Shown one piece after another: positions 9,476 through 20,463 of a stretch of 64,000 nucleotides of DNA. The first letter of the stretch is position 1, and the number at the start of each line of letters is the position of its first letter. The notes beneath the pieces are model-generated. The model did no database searches and was not told the origin of the DNA. It saw nothing but the letters and a program-made list of their open reading frames with translations. The translations under genes were made by a program, and so were the position numbers. The stretch spans positions 124,001 to 188,000 of the IMG/VR virus record IMGVR_UViG_3300041411_000178; one strand, 5' to 3'.

Positions 9476-10258
9476 ATGGCCAACATTGTTTACCAATGGA
9501 ACCCCTTCCAACAAAACCTCAATAACCGCATCACCACAGAGACCATCAAGACCGCTGATTTCGAAACCGGTCGGGTGGAATTTGTTCCCCGTGCTGCGCC
9601 ATTCTTCAGCCGTAAGTTCGAACTCTACCGTCAGGGTAGCGTTGAACCATTGATCCTGGGTTACGACTACTGCTTCGGCCACGCCTTCGATCGTTTCATT
9701 GGTGGCTACATTCAGGAAAACGGTGCCGCAGTCCCAGGTTACAACCGTAACGTGTTCGGCTCCATCATCATGCTGCGCCCTATGGCCGGTGATGTGCTGA
9801 TGCCGAAGTACGACACCATCGGTGGTCCGTTCACGCTGGACGAAGTGGCCTTTGCCGAACTGGTAGCCAACATCGTCAATTCGCCTCGTGTGGCTGACTG
9901 GGCGGACCTCGATCCGGTAACCATCCCGGTGTCCTTCCCGCCTGATCCGCATGACCACCCTGCTGACCAGACCTACGACTACTACGAGATGATGACTCAG
10001 CTGAAGAGTCTGATCCTGGCAGTCACTGACAACAGCCAAAGCGTGACACTGAAGTCGCTGCTGGAAGAACACATCGCTCTGCCGCTGATCGAAGCTCACT
10101 TGGCACAGAAGTCCGACATCGGCCTACCACTGACGCCAAACATGGCCCCTGCTGAGAAAGCAGACCTTTCCGGCAACAGTGCCAACCTCATCGTTACAGT
10201 GGATGTCTTGAAGGAAGCGTTCCGTCAGCTGGCTCAAGGCACCCTGAACCTCAACTAA
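9476..10258 (+). CDS. Baseplate/tail-fibre-associated protein
   Basis: YQWNP..NNRITTE..VPRAAPFF N-terminus, shared with the adjacent fibre proteins. Confidence 0.65.
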   Translation: MANIVYQWNPFQQNLNNRITTETIKTADFETGRVEFVPRAAPFFSRKFELYRQGSVEPLILGYDYCFGHAFDRFIGGYIQENGAAVPGYNRNVFGSIIMLRPMAGDVLMPKYDTIGGPFTLDEVAFAELVANIVNSPRVADWADLDPVTIPVSFPPDPHDHPADQTYDYYEMMTQLKSLILAVTDNSQSVTLKSLLEEHIALPLIEAHLAQKSDIGLPLTPNMAPAEKADLSGNSANLIVTVDVLKEAFRQLAQGTLNLN

Positions 10259-10268
10259 GGAACTGGAT

Positions 10269-13200
10269 ATGCATTTCCCTATTCTCCGTGAATATCAAGA
10301 GGACCTTGAAGGGCGTAATCCGGAAAACAAAATTACGGACGAGCCTAAGTCCACTCCAGCTGGTATCTGGACGCGGATCATTGTTCCTGACCATGCACCA
10401 TTCTTCACCAAGTCGTTGACGGTCAAAGCACCCAACGGCCAGCCTCTTGACCTGGGTGTGCATTACCAGATCTTCAGCATCATGCCACGTCTCACTGACC
10501 TGGCGGCTCAACCAGTGGCGTGTTTCATTGAGTTGCTGGATGAGAACATCACCGATGTACTGCTCGACTACCACGTTGTGGGTGAGTACTCGTTGATTGA
10601 CAACCGCATGCTGCAAATGATCTTTTCGGCTGTCAATGACGATCGTCCAGTGTTCTGGGAAAACCTCAAGAACAAACCGGTTGTCTTCCCACCGGACCTG
10701 CACAGCCATAGTCTGATCCGTACCACGATCTGCTGGCAGGACACGCTGGAAGTCATGGACCTCTACCTGGCCATGAAAGAGGCTAACGGTCGCGAGCCTA
10801 CCCAGATTCGTATCGACCACTTCTTCGACCTCCTGACGCACTACATCAACGTCTACAGCGATATGTTGACTGAGTTCTTGACCCGCCACATGCGGACCAA
10901 TAACGAACACGGTTTGACGGCAGCTCAGGTGCAGTTGGAAAAGGTGGACAACTTCGAAACCGCTAACAGTGGTAACGTGTTGCAGGCGCGTAGCGATATG
11001 CACCTGACCCCTCAAGGGTTGGAAACCATTATCGAGACCTTTGGTTTCGACAGCTCGCAATACCTGAAGACCGGTCTGTTGCCGATCTCGCGGTTTGGTA
11101 ACACCAACTTCATCCCTGCCAACATCGACGGTTCGTTTGAAGGCTTCGGTGGGTTCAGTGAGACAGCGGCTATCACGCTGGAGTCTGATGGTTCGATGGC
11201 GTACTTGTGGAACCGTTTCGATGGCCGTACCACGGGACTGTACTACTCAGTGCTGACGGATTCTGAAGACCAGGCCAACGGCAAGCTGTTGTACACGGGC
11301 TACAAGTACGTCCACCCTCGTATCGCTATCGATGGCGCTAACGTTAACCTGATTGCTCAAGGCAGCGGTGAAGATGTTATCCTGGTCGGTGACAACCAGA
11401 AAGAACTGTACTACATCGGGGTAACCAACGGGTCTCTGGACCCAGCGAAACACGTGTACTCGCCGATCAACTTGCGAGCTCTTGTTAGTGCCATCTACAA
11501 CAACCCCGGGCCAAGAGCGGTGAGCTTACTGTTCCCGTTCATCAACATTGCGTTGATTGGCCCGTGGATCTACATCTTCCACACGGCCTCTACGGGTACC
11601 CCTGTTGACTTCCCGCAACTTGGGATGGACATGCGGTTTAAGTTCTTCTACCGTGTAGCGTTGGCGGATGTAAAAGCACAGATCCCCGTTACGGCAACTC
11701 GTCAAAACATTACATTCCAGGATGCTGAAGGAGTGCAGTGGAATAACTCCCCGTACTTCCGCTGGTGTGATCGTGTAGTTAACGGTAGTGGTGATGTGGT
11801 TAAGTGCTTGTTCCCGTTTGTTCAGCCTCCTAACGGCCTGGTCAGTTTCTATCGGTCGGCAGTTACGTTGGTAGCAGAAAACCCATCGGTTCCGGGTCAG
11901 TATGCCATGAAGTTCTTGGGAGCGTTCTACGCTGCCTTGACAGGGGCTACGCTTAACCAGCAGTTCGACTACGTTCCGGAGTTGAATTACAACTTCAACC
12001 CGAACACGGGTGTCCTGTCGCTGACTTCCAAGACGAACATCTTCGCGGTTGACTTTTCCAAAAGCAACCCAAAGGCTGGCTACGAGCAGAACGGGATGAT
12101 GTACGCCTCGGTCTTCTCGTATGCTGGACAGGGTGGCAACGTCTTGGCGGATGGTCGCTACGCAGCATCTGGTTCGCCAGGTTACGCCGGTTTCCCACGA
12201 TTGGGCGTCGTGTCTGTTCCTCCGGGTTCTCACGACCGGCATACGACAATCTCCAGGTTGTGGGGTGTGGCCAAGGACTTCACCTCGAAAACTTGGTACG
12301 AGACCCTCACAAGTCCATTGGCGTCGTCGGTTAACCCACGCGCAGTTGCATACGTTCCTGCGGGTGAGTTCTTCGTAGCAGGCGGTCGTGACCAGCAGCT
12401 CTACTCGAAGCTGTTCTACAAGAACATCGCAGGTCGATTTGCGGTAAGGCCTGAGGTAACCAACCTCAACGTTGGGCAGGTGGTATCGCGTCCGTTGACC
12501 GGTGATATCCGCCCGGTGAATGCCTTGACGGGCATGGGATTGGCTACGGTGGTGTTCGCTACACCATATCTGAACCAGTTTGGAGTCGATGTAGGCGATG
12601 GGGCGTTCTGTATGAGCTCCCAAACCAAAAACTTCGACCGCACCAAAGTGGGAACGGCATGGCCAGCTAACACCAACAACCCGAACGATGTGATCCTGAT
12701 CGCCACCCACAACAATCGCATTGAACCGGATGGCACTGTGACCATTGTCCCCACTCTGGAGTTGTTGTATCCAGAGGCAATAGTCAATGCATTGTTCGCT
12801 CAGATCCAGTTCCCTGGAATGGCGACGCGATTCAAGATCATTTCGATCTGCGACCCAACCTACTCAGCCATGTCTGCTCGAGCGGGTTGGCTGCCAGTGT
12901 GTGTGTCGATTCAGTACGCACCTAACGGCGGCAGTGACATCAACACGCTTTACTCGACGTTCATGACTATCCAGCCGACTTATGCTGCCGTTAACGGTCG
13001 CTATCAGGTCACTGGGTTTACCGTGCTCGACATTGTTCACGGTGTGGGTCCGGGTACGGCTGTCTACGACCAGCAACGGATCTACGGCAGCACGGTGAAC
13101 TACGAGACGGCCTCGTCGATGCACTGTCCTATGCGGGTGAACTACCATCTAAATGGTAATAACCTTCAGGTCTACATGGGTTCGGGGATCATGGGCAACA

Positions 13201-13817
13201 CAGCGGGTGATGCCTTCTGTCTGGATTGGTTGTTCAGCTACAACGATCGTAACACTCGTCGTTGGAGTGGGAACACGATGCAACAAACCAGTACGTCGAC
13301 ACCTACCATCTGCAACACCCCTGATAACGGCATTAGTCGTTCCTTCGGGTGGGCTGACTCTACAGGGGGTGCGGCGCTGATTCAGCAAGGGCCGGTTAAC
13401 AATGCCGTCATCGGGTCGGTTTATCCGCAGACGGGTTGGGTGATCTTCTTCAAAACCGATATCAACGTGATCTTCAATGGTCGACCGTTTGTATTGCCGG
13501 CGGGTTCCATTGACTTGCGTGATATCGATCCGGCTCCACAGTTCAAAACGTTCTACATTTATGCGTTCTTGCGAGACGGTGTGGCGCAGTATGAGGTCAC
13601 CACTCTCAAGCGGCTGGAAAGTCAGTACCAGTTGTGGGTCGGTCGGGTTACCACGAATGCCAGTCAGATTCTTACTATTGACCGGTACAACGTGATCGCC
13701 ATGAACGGCCACCGCATCAGTGAGCTTAAACGCGGTAACTCCATTCCAGCTTCGTCTGGTCTGGTCAATGAGGAAGGACAAATCCCTTGGTTCTACCAGA
13801 GTGAAATCCTTCCTTAA
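10269..13817 (+). CDS. Tail fibre/baseplate protein (phiKZ gp131/gp145/gp146-like family), 1182 aa
   Basis: N-terminal IVPDHAPFF, HGLTAAQVQLEKVDNF fibre motif, GSFEG..DGR..GLY segment, C-terminal LPAGSIDLRDIDP..FYIY..GNSIPASSG domain. Confidence 0.8.
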   Translation: MHFPILREYQEDLEGRNPENKITDEPKSTPAGIWTRIIVPDHAPFFTKSLTVKAPNGQPLDLGVHYQIFSIMPRLTDLAAQPVACFIELLDENITDVLLDYHVVGEYSLIDNRMLQMIFSAVNDDRPVFWENLKNKPVVFPPDLHSHSLIRTTICWQDTLEVMDLYLAMKEANGREPTQIRIDHFFDLLTHYINVYSDMLTEFLTRHMRTNNEHGLTAAQVQLEKVDNFETANSGNVLQARSDMHLTPQGLETIIETFGFDSSQYLKTGLLPISRFGNTNFIPANIDGSFEGFGGFSETAAITLESDGSMAYLWNRFDGRTTGLYYSVLTDSEDQANGKLLYTGYKYVHPRIAIDGANVNLIAQGSGEDVILVGDNQKELYYIGVTNGSLDPAKHVYSPINLRALVSAIYNNPGPRAVSLLFPFINIALIGPWIYIFHTASTGTPVDFPQLGMDMRFKFFYRVALADVKAQIPVTATRQNITFQDAEGVQWNNSPYFRWCDRVVNGSGDVVKCLFPFVQPPNGLVSFYRSAVTLVAENPSVPGQYAMKFLGAFYAALTGATLNQQFDYVPELNYNFNPNTGVLSLTSKTNIFAVDFSKSNPKAGYEQNGMMYASVFSYAGQGGNVLADGRYAASGSPGYAGFPRLGVVSVPPGSHDRHTTISRLWGVAKDFTSKTWYETLTSPLASSVNPRAVAYVPAGEFFVAGGRDQQLYSKLFYKNIAGRFAVRPEVTNLNVGQVVSRPLTGDIRPVNALTGMGLATVVFATPYLNQFGVDVGDGAFCMSSQTKNFDRTKVGTAWPANTNNPNDVILIATHNNRIEPDGTVTIVPTLELLYPEAIVNALFAQIQFPGMATRFKIISICDPTYSAMSARAGWLPVCVSIQYAPNGGSDINTLYSTFMTIQPTYAAVNGRYQVTGFTVLDIVHGVGPGTAVYDQQRIYGSTVNYETASSMHCPMRVNYHLNGNNLQVYMGSGIMGNTAGDAFCLDWLFSYNDRNTRRWSGNTMQQTSTSTPTICNTPDNGISRSFGWADSTGGAALIQQGPVNNAVIGSVYPQTGWVIFFKTDINVIFNGRPFVLPAGSIDLRDIDPAPQFKTFYIYAFLRDGVAQYEVTTLKRLESQYQLWVGRVTTNASQILTIDRYNVIAMNGHRISELKRGNSIPASSGLVNEEGQIPWFYQSEILP

Positions 13818-13833
13818 CACTTAGGTCCGGATA

Positions 13834-13868
13834 GCCGGGGAGTATTCCTCCCTGGCGTCCTTTCTTTT
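13834..13868 (+). terminator. Intrinsic terminator
   Basis: GCCGGGGAG-tattc-CTCCCTGGC followed by a T-rich tract. Confidence 0.6.
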
Positions 13869-13884
13869 GAATAAGGTTAAAGTG

Positions 13885-16800
13885 ATGGATTCCATTCCGC
13901 TCTTAGTGTTTGACATCCGTGGTCTCAATCCTGTCAACACCATCCCCGGCGAAAAGATCCCACTCAAGGATAAGACCTTGAACTGGCTGATCCCTAACGG
14001 GGCCCCTTTCTTTAACGAACCCGGTCTGCTGGTGGTTCGTAACCAAGCGGGTGGTATTCTCACCCGTGACCGTGACTACTACGTTGAAGGTGAGTTCGTT
14101 CCTTTCTGCGAGATCACTGGTCGTTCCATTTGTACTTTTATCCGTGTCTCCGACGCCATCCTGGCTGCCAACGAATTTGTTACCGTTGACTACCAGAGTA
14201 TCGGTGCCTGGTTTGTACCCCGCAACAACCTCCAAGACTGGTTGGACCAGATGCACCGCGGCAAGACTCCGATTCCGTGGAGCAAGGTGTTCTTTGTTCC
14301 ACCAACCCTGCCGCCAGAGTACCACACTCACAACATCAAAACCGAAATCATGGACTGGTATGATTTCACCTACTTCTTCGCTCAGCTGGAAGGTATCCGC
14401 AGTACTCGGGATCCTGACTTCGATGACAAGTTGACTGCGGCAGTAGAAGACGCCTACAACAAGTTGTATGCAGCACGGGATACTCAACTCGGTATTCTGC
14501 AAGCACACGACAAGAACTACAACAACCCTCATGGTGCCGACAAGTTCGACATTGTGATGGGTAACCACGATAACTACCCTACCGCTACCCTTGCACAGGA
14601 CCTGGCAGGCGATAGGAGCGATCTTCTCAGTACACCCCATGGCGTCGTAGCCCTGGCGAAGAGTTACGTCCCAGACACCGATAAGGCGATGCTGGCGGGT
14701 ATCTTCCCCATCAGTTCGTACAGCGGTGAATCCTTTCTGCCACCGAACATTAGTGGTTCGTTTGAAGGGATGGGTCAACAGACCGAGTGTTCAGGCATCT
14801 GCCTGGAACCAAGCGGCTTGATGATGGTGCTGTCTAACCACAACGACGGCCGTACACGTGGTTTGTACTTCTCTGTTATTGAGAACTACAACCGAGACAA
14901 CATCCGGGTTACCTACAGCAACTACAAATATCGACCACCGGCTTTGACAGCGATCGGTATCGACGTAGACCGCATTATTGCGGGCAGCGGTAACAAGGTC
15001 ATCATGACGGGCGTGAACGGGACCAACGATTGGTTCATCTGTTTGACCAACGGTTCGTTTGATCCAGGTGGTCATGCTTACGTTCGCTGCAACATGAGTG
15101 CTATCACGGCGTTCTTTGGTTCGCCTTACGGCAACGCTCCAGTGTTTGGTCGCAATGACCAGGCCACTATTCACCACATGGGCACGTACCTCGTACTGGT
15201 GCAGGCTTATGTGGACAACGGTATTCCGAAGAGCCGGTTCTACCGCGTTCGTACCGCTGATGTCGTTAACGGCTTGGGCGTTACGTGGGAAGCTGTTCCG
15301 CTTACCTACCAGGACTGGGACGGCACTCAGTACAGCGGTGTGCTGGATTTTCAAGCACAAGCTGTCTTCAAGGATGGCAACAACAAGATCACTCGGTTTG
15401 GCCGGTTTACCTGCCAGCAGCCAATTGATTGGGTATCTATCCTGCGCCGCGATTTGAACTTGTCCTGGCCAGTGACAGGAGGAGGTGGCAACTACTACTT
15501 CCACACGCTTCAGTACTTCCACATGGTCTATTACGACCGCCCTGTGGATCCGCTGTTTGTTCACATCTTGCCAGGGATTACAGAGATGTACTATCTCTTC
15601 AATCCGGCTAACGGTGCAATGGCAAGGCAGGGCAAGTCACCGGCGATTACGCTCGATTTCTTGAACATGACCCCGGCCAATGAAGAATTGGGTATTCGTC
15701 AATATCGCCACGTCTATAACCAATTGGTCGCGTATCAACAACCGTCGACGGTGTTGCTCTCAACCGGTGAACTAGTGTCGACGTGTGTGTTTGAAGGTGT
15801 AGCGGAGTTCCCTTGCCGTATCAATACGCTCAAGATGCAAGGAATCACCAACGCTGAGCAGTGGATGTCCAGGATGATGGACAGCGACACCACAGCAGTG
15901 GCGCGTAATGTGCTTCACGTTCCGTCGGTGCAACCAGCGACAAGGAACGGTGTGTACACGTCCAGCATGTCGTTCGAAGCTGACGGTGAAGTGTTTGCTG
16001 CTGCTGACATGTCAACACCTGATCTGTTGCGTAAGGTGTTCTTCCGCAAGGTAAGCGGCGGGTATGCAATCCGAGATGGCGTTAACAACCTGACCCTGGG
16101 CCCGAACATGTACTCTCGCCCACTGACTACCGAGATCTATTCAACCAACTTAACCCGTGTCGACGGTATGTTGGGGATCACTGGTACGGGTGCAGAACTG
16201 GCAGCGGCTGGGGTGGATCAGGGTAGTGGTTCGGCTAGCTTCTGTGGTTACTCCAGTCTTTACCCAGCAAGCCAGCATTTACCACAGTGCCCAGAGCTGC
16301 GTGCACCGGCCGGCGGTAACGTTTTGGTCTCTTTCCCACGGACGTACACCAAGTCGCTGGATACGATCAACAAGGTGGCAACCTACTCGGCAACCAGCTT
16401 CTATGGTTTCCGTCAGAACGTCATCGACCAGATCAGAGCGTTAACCGGTAATGCCAGCAAGTGGTCATTCACGGTTAACCATCTGGGTGCGGAGAACGGT
16501 GGGATGTTCCGTGGTTTAAATCACTCGGTGGTCATGGTCAACTGGATTGTTGAGGGTACTGGGCGTTTCCGTTCTCGGGTGTTGATCGGCACTCCTGCTG
16601 TTGAGGCGCCGAATGCAAACCATCCGGGTGTGTACCTCATCACGGCCTTTAACTGGGTGTCTGCGCCTGCTGATGTCTCCACTTGCCCTTGGGCAGTGCT
16701 GCAAGGCTACGAGCAGTGGCAGAAATTGGACACCATCTACGTGGCTAAGCCGTTGTTGACAGCGTATCGCGATGGTAACTACATCAAGATCCTGATCACG

Positions 16801-17487
16801 TCCGGCTATGAGCATGTGGTGGCAACGTCTCGTCAAGTACCAGTCTGTCTCTTTGACCTGAACCTGGGTAACAGCCAGATTGAAAACCTGGCAGTAGGTT
16901 CGGTTGCTCGAGATCGAGGGGACCCAGCTGTTATGTGGCCGGGTGTGGGTATGACGGATCTCAGTGTCACAAACCAGGATGGTTTCGACGGCAAGTTGAT
17001 CACGCAGACGTTGTTCCCATACACCTACACGGGTGGTGGCGCGGCGATTCACCTGAAGACAGGGGTCGGTTACATTATCCCTACGTCGGTGTATCCGGAA
17101 ATTGGCTGGCTGCTGTTTATCCAGGACAACATCCGGATGATGATCAACGGGACGGCTTACTCTATCCAGGGTGGCACCATCGACCTGCGGGACATCGATC
17201 CAGCGCCTCAGAACAAAACGTTTTACATGTACGCAACAATCGAGGATGAAACTCCTAAGTATCTGTTGTCGTCAGTACAGCTGCGTAAGAGCGGTTCTCT
17301 GCTGCGGGTAGCGACCATCGTTACCAACGATAAACAGATCTTGACCATCACTCGTGAACAACCGTTTATGGTGGGCGATCTGCTGCTGAGCTATACCCGT
17401 GAAGGTGGGACGATTCCTATGTCCGCGGGCTACCCTCAGGATGAAGGCTTGTTTGTATTCCTTCATCAAGGTGAGTTGTTACCTTAA
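13885..17487 (+). CDS. Tail fibre/baseplate protein, paralogue of the upstream gene (about 1200 aa)
   Basis: Same architecture: LIPNGAPFF, GSFEGMG..DGRTRGLY, C-terminal GGTIDLRDIDPAPQNKTFYMY..GGTIPMSAG. ATG 13885 preferred over TTG 13867. Confidence 0.8.
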   Translation: MDSIPLLVFDIRGLNPVNTIPGEKIPLKDKTLNWLIPNGAPFFNEPGLLVVRNQAGGILTRDRDYYVEGEFVPFCEITGRSICTFIRVSDAILAANEFVTVDYQSIGAWFVPRNNLQDWLDQMHRGKTPIPWSKVFFVPPTLPPEYHTHNIKTEIMDWYDFTYFFAQLEGIRSTRDPDFDDKLTAAVEDAYNKLYAARDTQLGILQAHDKNYNNPHGADKFDIVMGNHDNYPTATLAQDLAGDRSDLLSTPHGVVALAKSYVPDTDKAMLAGIFPISSYSGESFLPPNISGSFEGMGQQTECSGICLEPSGLMMVLSNHNDGRTRGLYFSVIENYNRDNIRVTYSNYKYRPPALTAIGIDVDRIIAGSGNKVIMTGVNGTNDWFICLTNGSFDPGGHAYVRCNMSAITAFFGSPYGNAPVFGRNDQATIHHMGTYLVLVQAYVDNGIPKSRFYRVRTADVVNGLGVTWEAVPLTYQDWDGTQYSGVLDFQAQAVFKDGNNKITRFGRFTCQQPIDWVSILRRDLNLSWPVTGGGGNYYFHTLQYFHMVYYDRPVDPLFVHILPGITEMYYLFNPANGAMARQGKSPAITLDFLNMTPANEELGIRQYRHVYNQLVAYQQPSTVLLSTGELVSTCVFEGVAEFPCRINTLKMQGITNAEQWMSRMMDSDTTAVARNVLHVPSVQPATRNGVYTSSMSFEADGEVFAAADMSTPDLLRKVFFRKVSGGYAIRDGVNNLTLGPNMYSRPLTTEIYSTNLTRVDGMLGITGTGAELAAAGVDQGSGSASFCGYSSLYPASQHLPQCPELRAPAGGNVLVSFPRTYTKSLDTINKVATYSATSFYGFRQNVIDQIRALTGNASKWSFTVNHLGAENGGMFRGLNHSVVMVNWIVEGTGRFRSRVLIGTPAVEAPNANHPGVYLITAFNWVSAPADVSTCPWAVLQGYEQWQKLDTIYVAKPLLTAYRDGNYIKILITSGYEHVVATSRQVPVCLFDLNLGNSQIENLAVGSVARDRGDPAVMWPGVGMTDLSVTNQDGFDGKLITQTLFPYTYTGGGAAIHLKTGVGYIIPTSVYPEIGWLLFIQDNIRMMINGTAYSIQGGTIDLRDIDPAPQNKTFYMYATIEDETPKYLLSSVQLRKSGSLLRVATIVTNDKQILTITREQPFMVGDLLLSYTREGGTIPMSAGYPQDEGLFVFLHQGELLP

Positions 17488-17494
17488 CACATCC

Positions 17495-17514
17495 GGGGGG
17501 ACTTCGGTCCCCCT
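17495..17514 (+). terminator. UUCG-loop hairpin
   Basis: GGGGGAC-TTCG-GTCCCCC directly after the stop codon. Confidence 0.55.
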
Positions 17515-17531
17515 ACTTACGGAGAGTGGCT

Positions 17532-20414
17532 ATGATTATTTTGGGTGGGGAACCGCCATTCATCGAAAACCCGGCACCTCGGTTTGGTGAGGTGATCAAG
17601 AAGTTCAACAAACTCACCTACGCCATTCAACTGGCCACCGAAGAATTCAACCGCAACAACGCCGAAAAGCTGGAATCCATCGGTCAGGGTGTGGAAGTGT
17701 TTGTTAACACTGTCTCCATCCCGATTGATGCCCACTTGAACTCCCGTGGTGCGCAACACGGTGAAACCCGGGCGTCGATTGGCCTGAGCAAGAAGGATAA
17801 CTTCCGAACGGCTACCAAGGCCGAACAGATTGCTCTGGCACCGGTGCAAGCCTTCGTGACTCCCGAAGGCGCCAAGGCCTCTCTGGTGGCTAACAACGCG
17901 TCGTTTGTGTTGGCTGACTACCAGTTGAACGACCTGTATCAGTTTGCGTCGTTCTTCTACCCTGACCAGTACCCTATTCCTACGCCTACTCGGGTAGAGC
18001 CGGTGCGCTACTTCGGCGCTAGCAAGAAAACAGGGATGCTGATCAACACGGACCGACTGATCTTCTCGCCGTACTCTGATCCAGCCCAGTATCAGAACCA
18101 GTCGATCTTCAACAGTATGCCGCTGGGTGGTTCCAAGGGGGCAAGGCTGGGAGAGATCACAGGTCTCAGTTCCAACTACCTGACTTCTGCTTGGAACACG
18201 GTAGGTTGCAATGCGTCGGATGGTTCTGCGGTGTTCTTTAAGCCATTGGCTGACAAGAAGATCTACCAGTACAAGAACTCGTTGGGTATGCCGGGTAGCA
18301 ACTTCAACTACCTGATGTATAACCTGTTTGCGGCGACCACTTACAAAGGCTTGGCAGTTTCCAGTTCGTTTGCTGGCACTGTGTTGACGCTGAACCACAA
18401 GTTCTTCTACGTGGCTAACTCGACAACAGACCCAACGTTGGTGGATATCGTAAACAGCTCGTACTTGGCGTTGTTCGATCGCATGGACACGGCGGCGTAT
18501 ACCGCCCCAGCAAACGGCAGTCATTCGATTGACTTGGCTAAGTACGTGAACCTGCCTGCGGGCACTGTCATGACCCTGGCCGGTGGCAGTCACGGTGTTG
18601 TGACCACGCTGTTCTGGAACGTGAAAGACGCTGAGATGTACTTGCACACGGCGGTATCGGTGCAAGTAACGAACGGCTCTGTTTCCCGTAACCTCGTGTT
18701 CAGTTTCATGCAGTCGGTTATTCCAGGCAGTCTGGGTGCTGGCGGTACGGCAACCTTCCGTCAACTCGGTACTCGTACCAAGGACACGTTGGGTGCTGAT
18801 CTGTTGCCAGTGGGCCAATCCAACTGGTTCAAAGACGGTAACCGTTATGACCTGTTGAACCTGGTGCAATATCCAGGCGCTATGTTGTCCTCGGGTGAAA
18901 TGGTGAAAGCCTGCTCTACCAAGAACGGCATGCGGGTTAAGCGTTTCGCCACCACGTACAAAGGCATCAAGGACTTCCTGCTGGCTAACCGCCCTACGGT
19001 AGACCCTAAGCTGGCCGTGCCTGAGATCTATGCACCAAGTCGTCATGCCTGCTTTGGTCTGTTGCCTGAGCGTATTCTGCCGTTTACCAACGGTGGTGGG
19101 CAATCGTCATTCCTGGTGTACGGGGCTAACGCTCGGACCGGTCGTTTCGGCTGGCAAGAATTCGGCTGGGTAGCGGATAGCATTGTCAGCACGCAGAGTG
19201 GGGATGGTACCTTCGGGATCCGTTTGCCTGACTCGATCGACGATAACGAGAACATGGCGGATATGCCTTCTGGTATGTCGGCTTACGTTAACCAGAACAA
19301 CACTGGTGTAGCTACCTCGGCGTTGGTGTTCAACGAAAACAACCACTTTGTCGGTAAGAGCTCTTTCCAGTTCTCTAACCACATCTTGACTGTGGGTGCT
19401 AACGTTGCGCTGGCAATTGGCAGTGTCATGGCAATCAAGGCGGCGAGTGGTAGTGTGATGGCACGTGCTGCTATTGCTAATCCCTTGCAGGATCCTTCGT
19501 ACCGAGCACCGCAGATCCAGGTCTTCGGTTTGACACCGGGTCGTGCGCTGCTGGTGATCAGTGATGGTCTCTGCTATGCCGAAGCGGCTGTGGTGGGTCT
19601 GACAGTTAACGGCTCCACGGCTACCCTGAGCTTTACTCAGACGGGTGGTCTTAAGCTGTATCAGGTGACTGACGGTAATCAACCAGCCATGACGGGCAAC
19701 CGTACTTCGGCATCGGGTGATGACGTCTGGCTGACCTACTCGGACCTGTTGGCAGTGCAAGTAAACGCCAATATCTTCCAGGTAGTGGTAACCCGGGCTT
19801 TTGGTAACGTGTACGGCGACCTCAGCTTTACGGTCAACGACTTTACCACGGCAACGCCTTCGTTTGTTAAAGGCACTGTCAACAAAGCACGGCTGTACCA
19901 ACGAACGGATGCCTTCGACTGTGTTGAGGAAATCTATCCGCCTCTGCTTATTGCAGGTAAAGGTGTTTACCAACATCTCCCAGGCAACGGTCGTTTCGCA
20001 ACATTGATGACTGAAGTAGGTGGGGGTTCTGGTAAGGTCGATCCTTTCAATATCAACGAAGCCGGTTGGGTGCGTTTGCCAGCGGGTGTGCGTGTGGTGT
20101 TGAACGGTCGTACCACGATCCTGGATCGCGACTACGCAGTTAAGGTAGGGACCACCGGTACTTACTACTGCTACCTGCAACGTCTCGGTACTACGCTGAT
20201 TGCGGTGGCTTCCACAGTCGTCCGTCAACCAGCCAACAACGAGGTCCTGTTTGGCATCGTCACAAACGGTATCCTGGTGCTGCAAAAGAACTACATCGTG
20301 ATGGACAGTAAATCCATCAGCGCAACACGACATGGTTCTGCGATTCCTTACTTCGCCGATAACGGTGGACAAGGTGTCAACCAGTTCTTTACCCGTCGAG
20401 ATGTAAAAGCGTAA
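17532..20414 (+). CDS. Tail fibre-like protein, third family member (about 960 aa)
   Basis: GGAG RBS; HLNSRGAQHGETRASIGLSKKDNFRTAT fibre motif; C-terminal LPAG..YYCYL..HGSAIP domain. Confidence 0.75.
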   Translation: MIILGGEPPFIENPAPRFGEVIKKFNKLTYAIQLATEEFNRNNAEKLESIGQGVEVFVNTVSIPIDAHLNSRGAQHGETRASIGLSKKDNFRTATKAEQIALAPVQAFVTPEGAKASLVANNASFVLADYQLNDLYQFASFFYPDQYPIPTPTRVEPVRYFGASKKTGMLINTDRLIFSPYSDPAQYQNQSIFNSMPLGGSKGARLGEITGLSSNYLTSAWNTVGCNASDGSAVFFKPLADKKIYQYKNSLGMPGSNFNYLMYNLFAATTYKGLAVSSSFAGTVLTLNHKFFYVANSTTDPTLVDIVNSSYLALFDRMDTAAYTAPANGSHSIDLAKYVNLPAGTVMTLAGGSHGVVTTLFWNVKDAEMYLHTAVSVQVTNGSVSRNLVFSFMQSVIPGSLGAGGTATFRQLGTRTKDTLGADLLPVGQSNWFKDGNRYDLLNLVQYPGAMLSSGEMVKACSTKNGMRVKRFATTYKGIKDFLLANRPTVDPKLAVPEIYAPSRHACFGLLPERILPFTNGGGQSSFLVYGANARTGRFGWQEFGWVADSIVSTQSGDGTFGIRLPDSIDDNENMADMPSGMSAYVNQNNTGVATSALVFNENNHFVGKSSFQFSNHILTVGANVALAIGSVMAIKAASGSVMARAAIANPLQDPSYRAPQIQVFGLTPGRALLVISDGLCYAEAAVVGLTVNGSTATLSFTQTGGLKLYQVTDGNQPAMTGNRTSASGDDVWLTYSDLLAVQVNANIFQVVVTRAFGNVYGDLSFTVNDFTTATPSFVKGTVNKARLYQRTDAFDCVEEIYPPLLIAGKGVYQHLPGNGRFATLMTEVGGGSGKVDPFNINEAGWVRLPAGVRVVLNGRTTILDRDYAVKVGTTGTYYCYLQRLGTTLIAVASTVVRQPANNEVLFGIVTNGILVLQKNYIVMDSKSISATRHGSAIPYFADNGGQGVNQFFTRRDVKA

Positions 20415-20421
20415 ATAACCC

Positions 20422-20454
20422 CTACCCCTAGAGCCTTGCGGGGCTCTAGGGGTA
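20422..20454. terminator. Probable bidirectional terminator hairpin
   Basis: CTACCCCTAGAGCC-loop-GGCTCTAGGGGTAG between convergent genes. Confidence 0.7.
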
Positions 20455-20463
20455 GTAAGGTTG

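Noticed and set aside
10269-17487. Diversity-generating retroelement or invertible tail-fibre switch
   Set aside because: The shared C-terminal segments are diverged paralogues with differences at all bases, not adenine-specific; no reverse transcriptase, invertase or inverted crossover sites were seen in the window.
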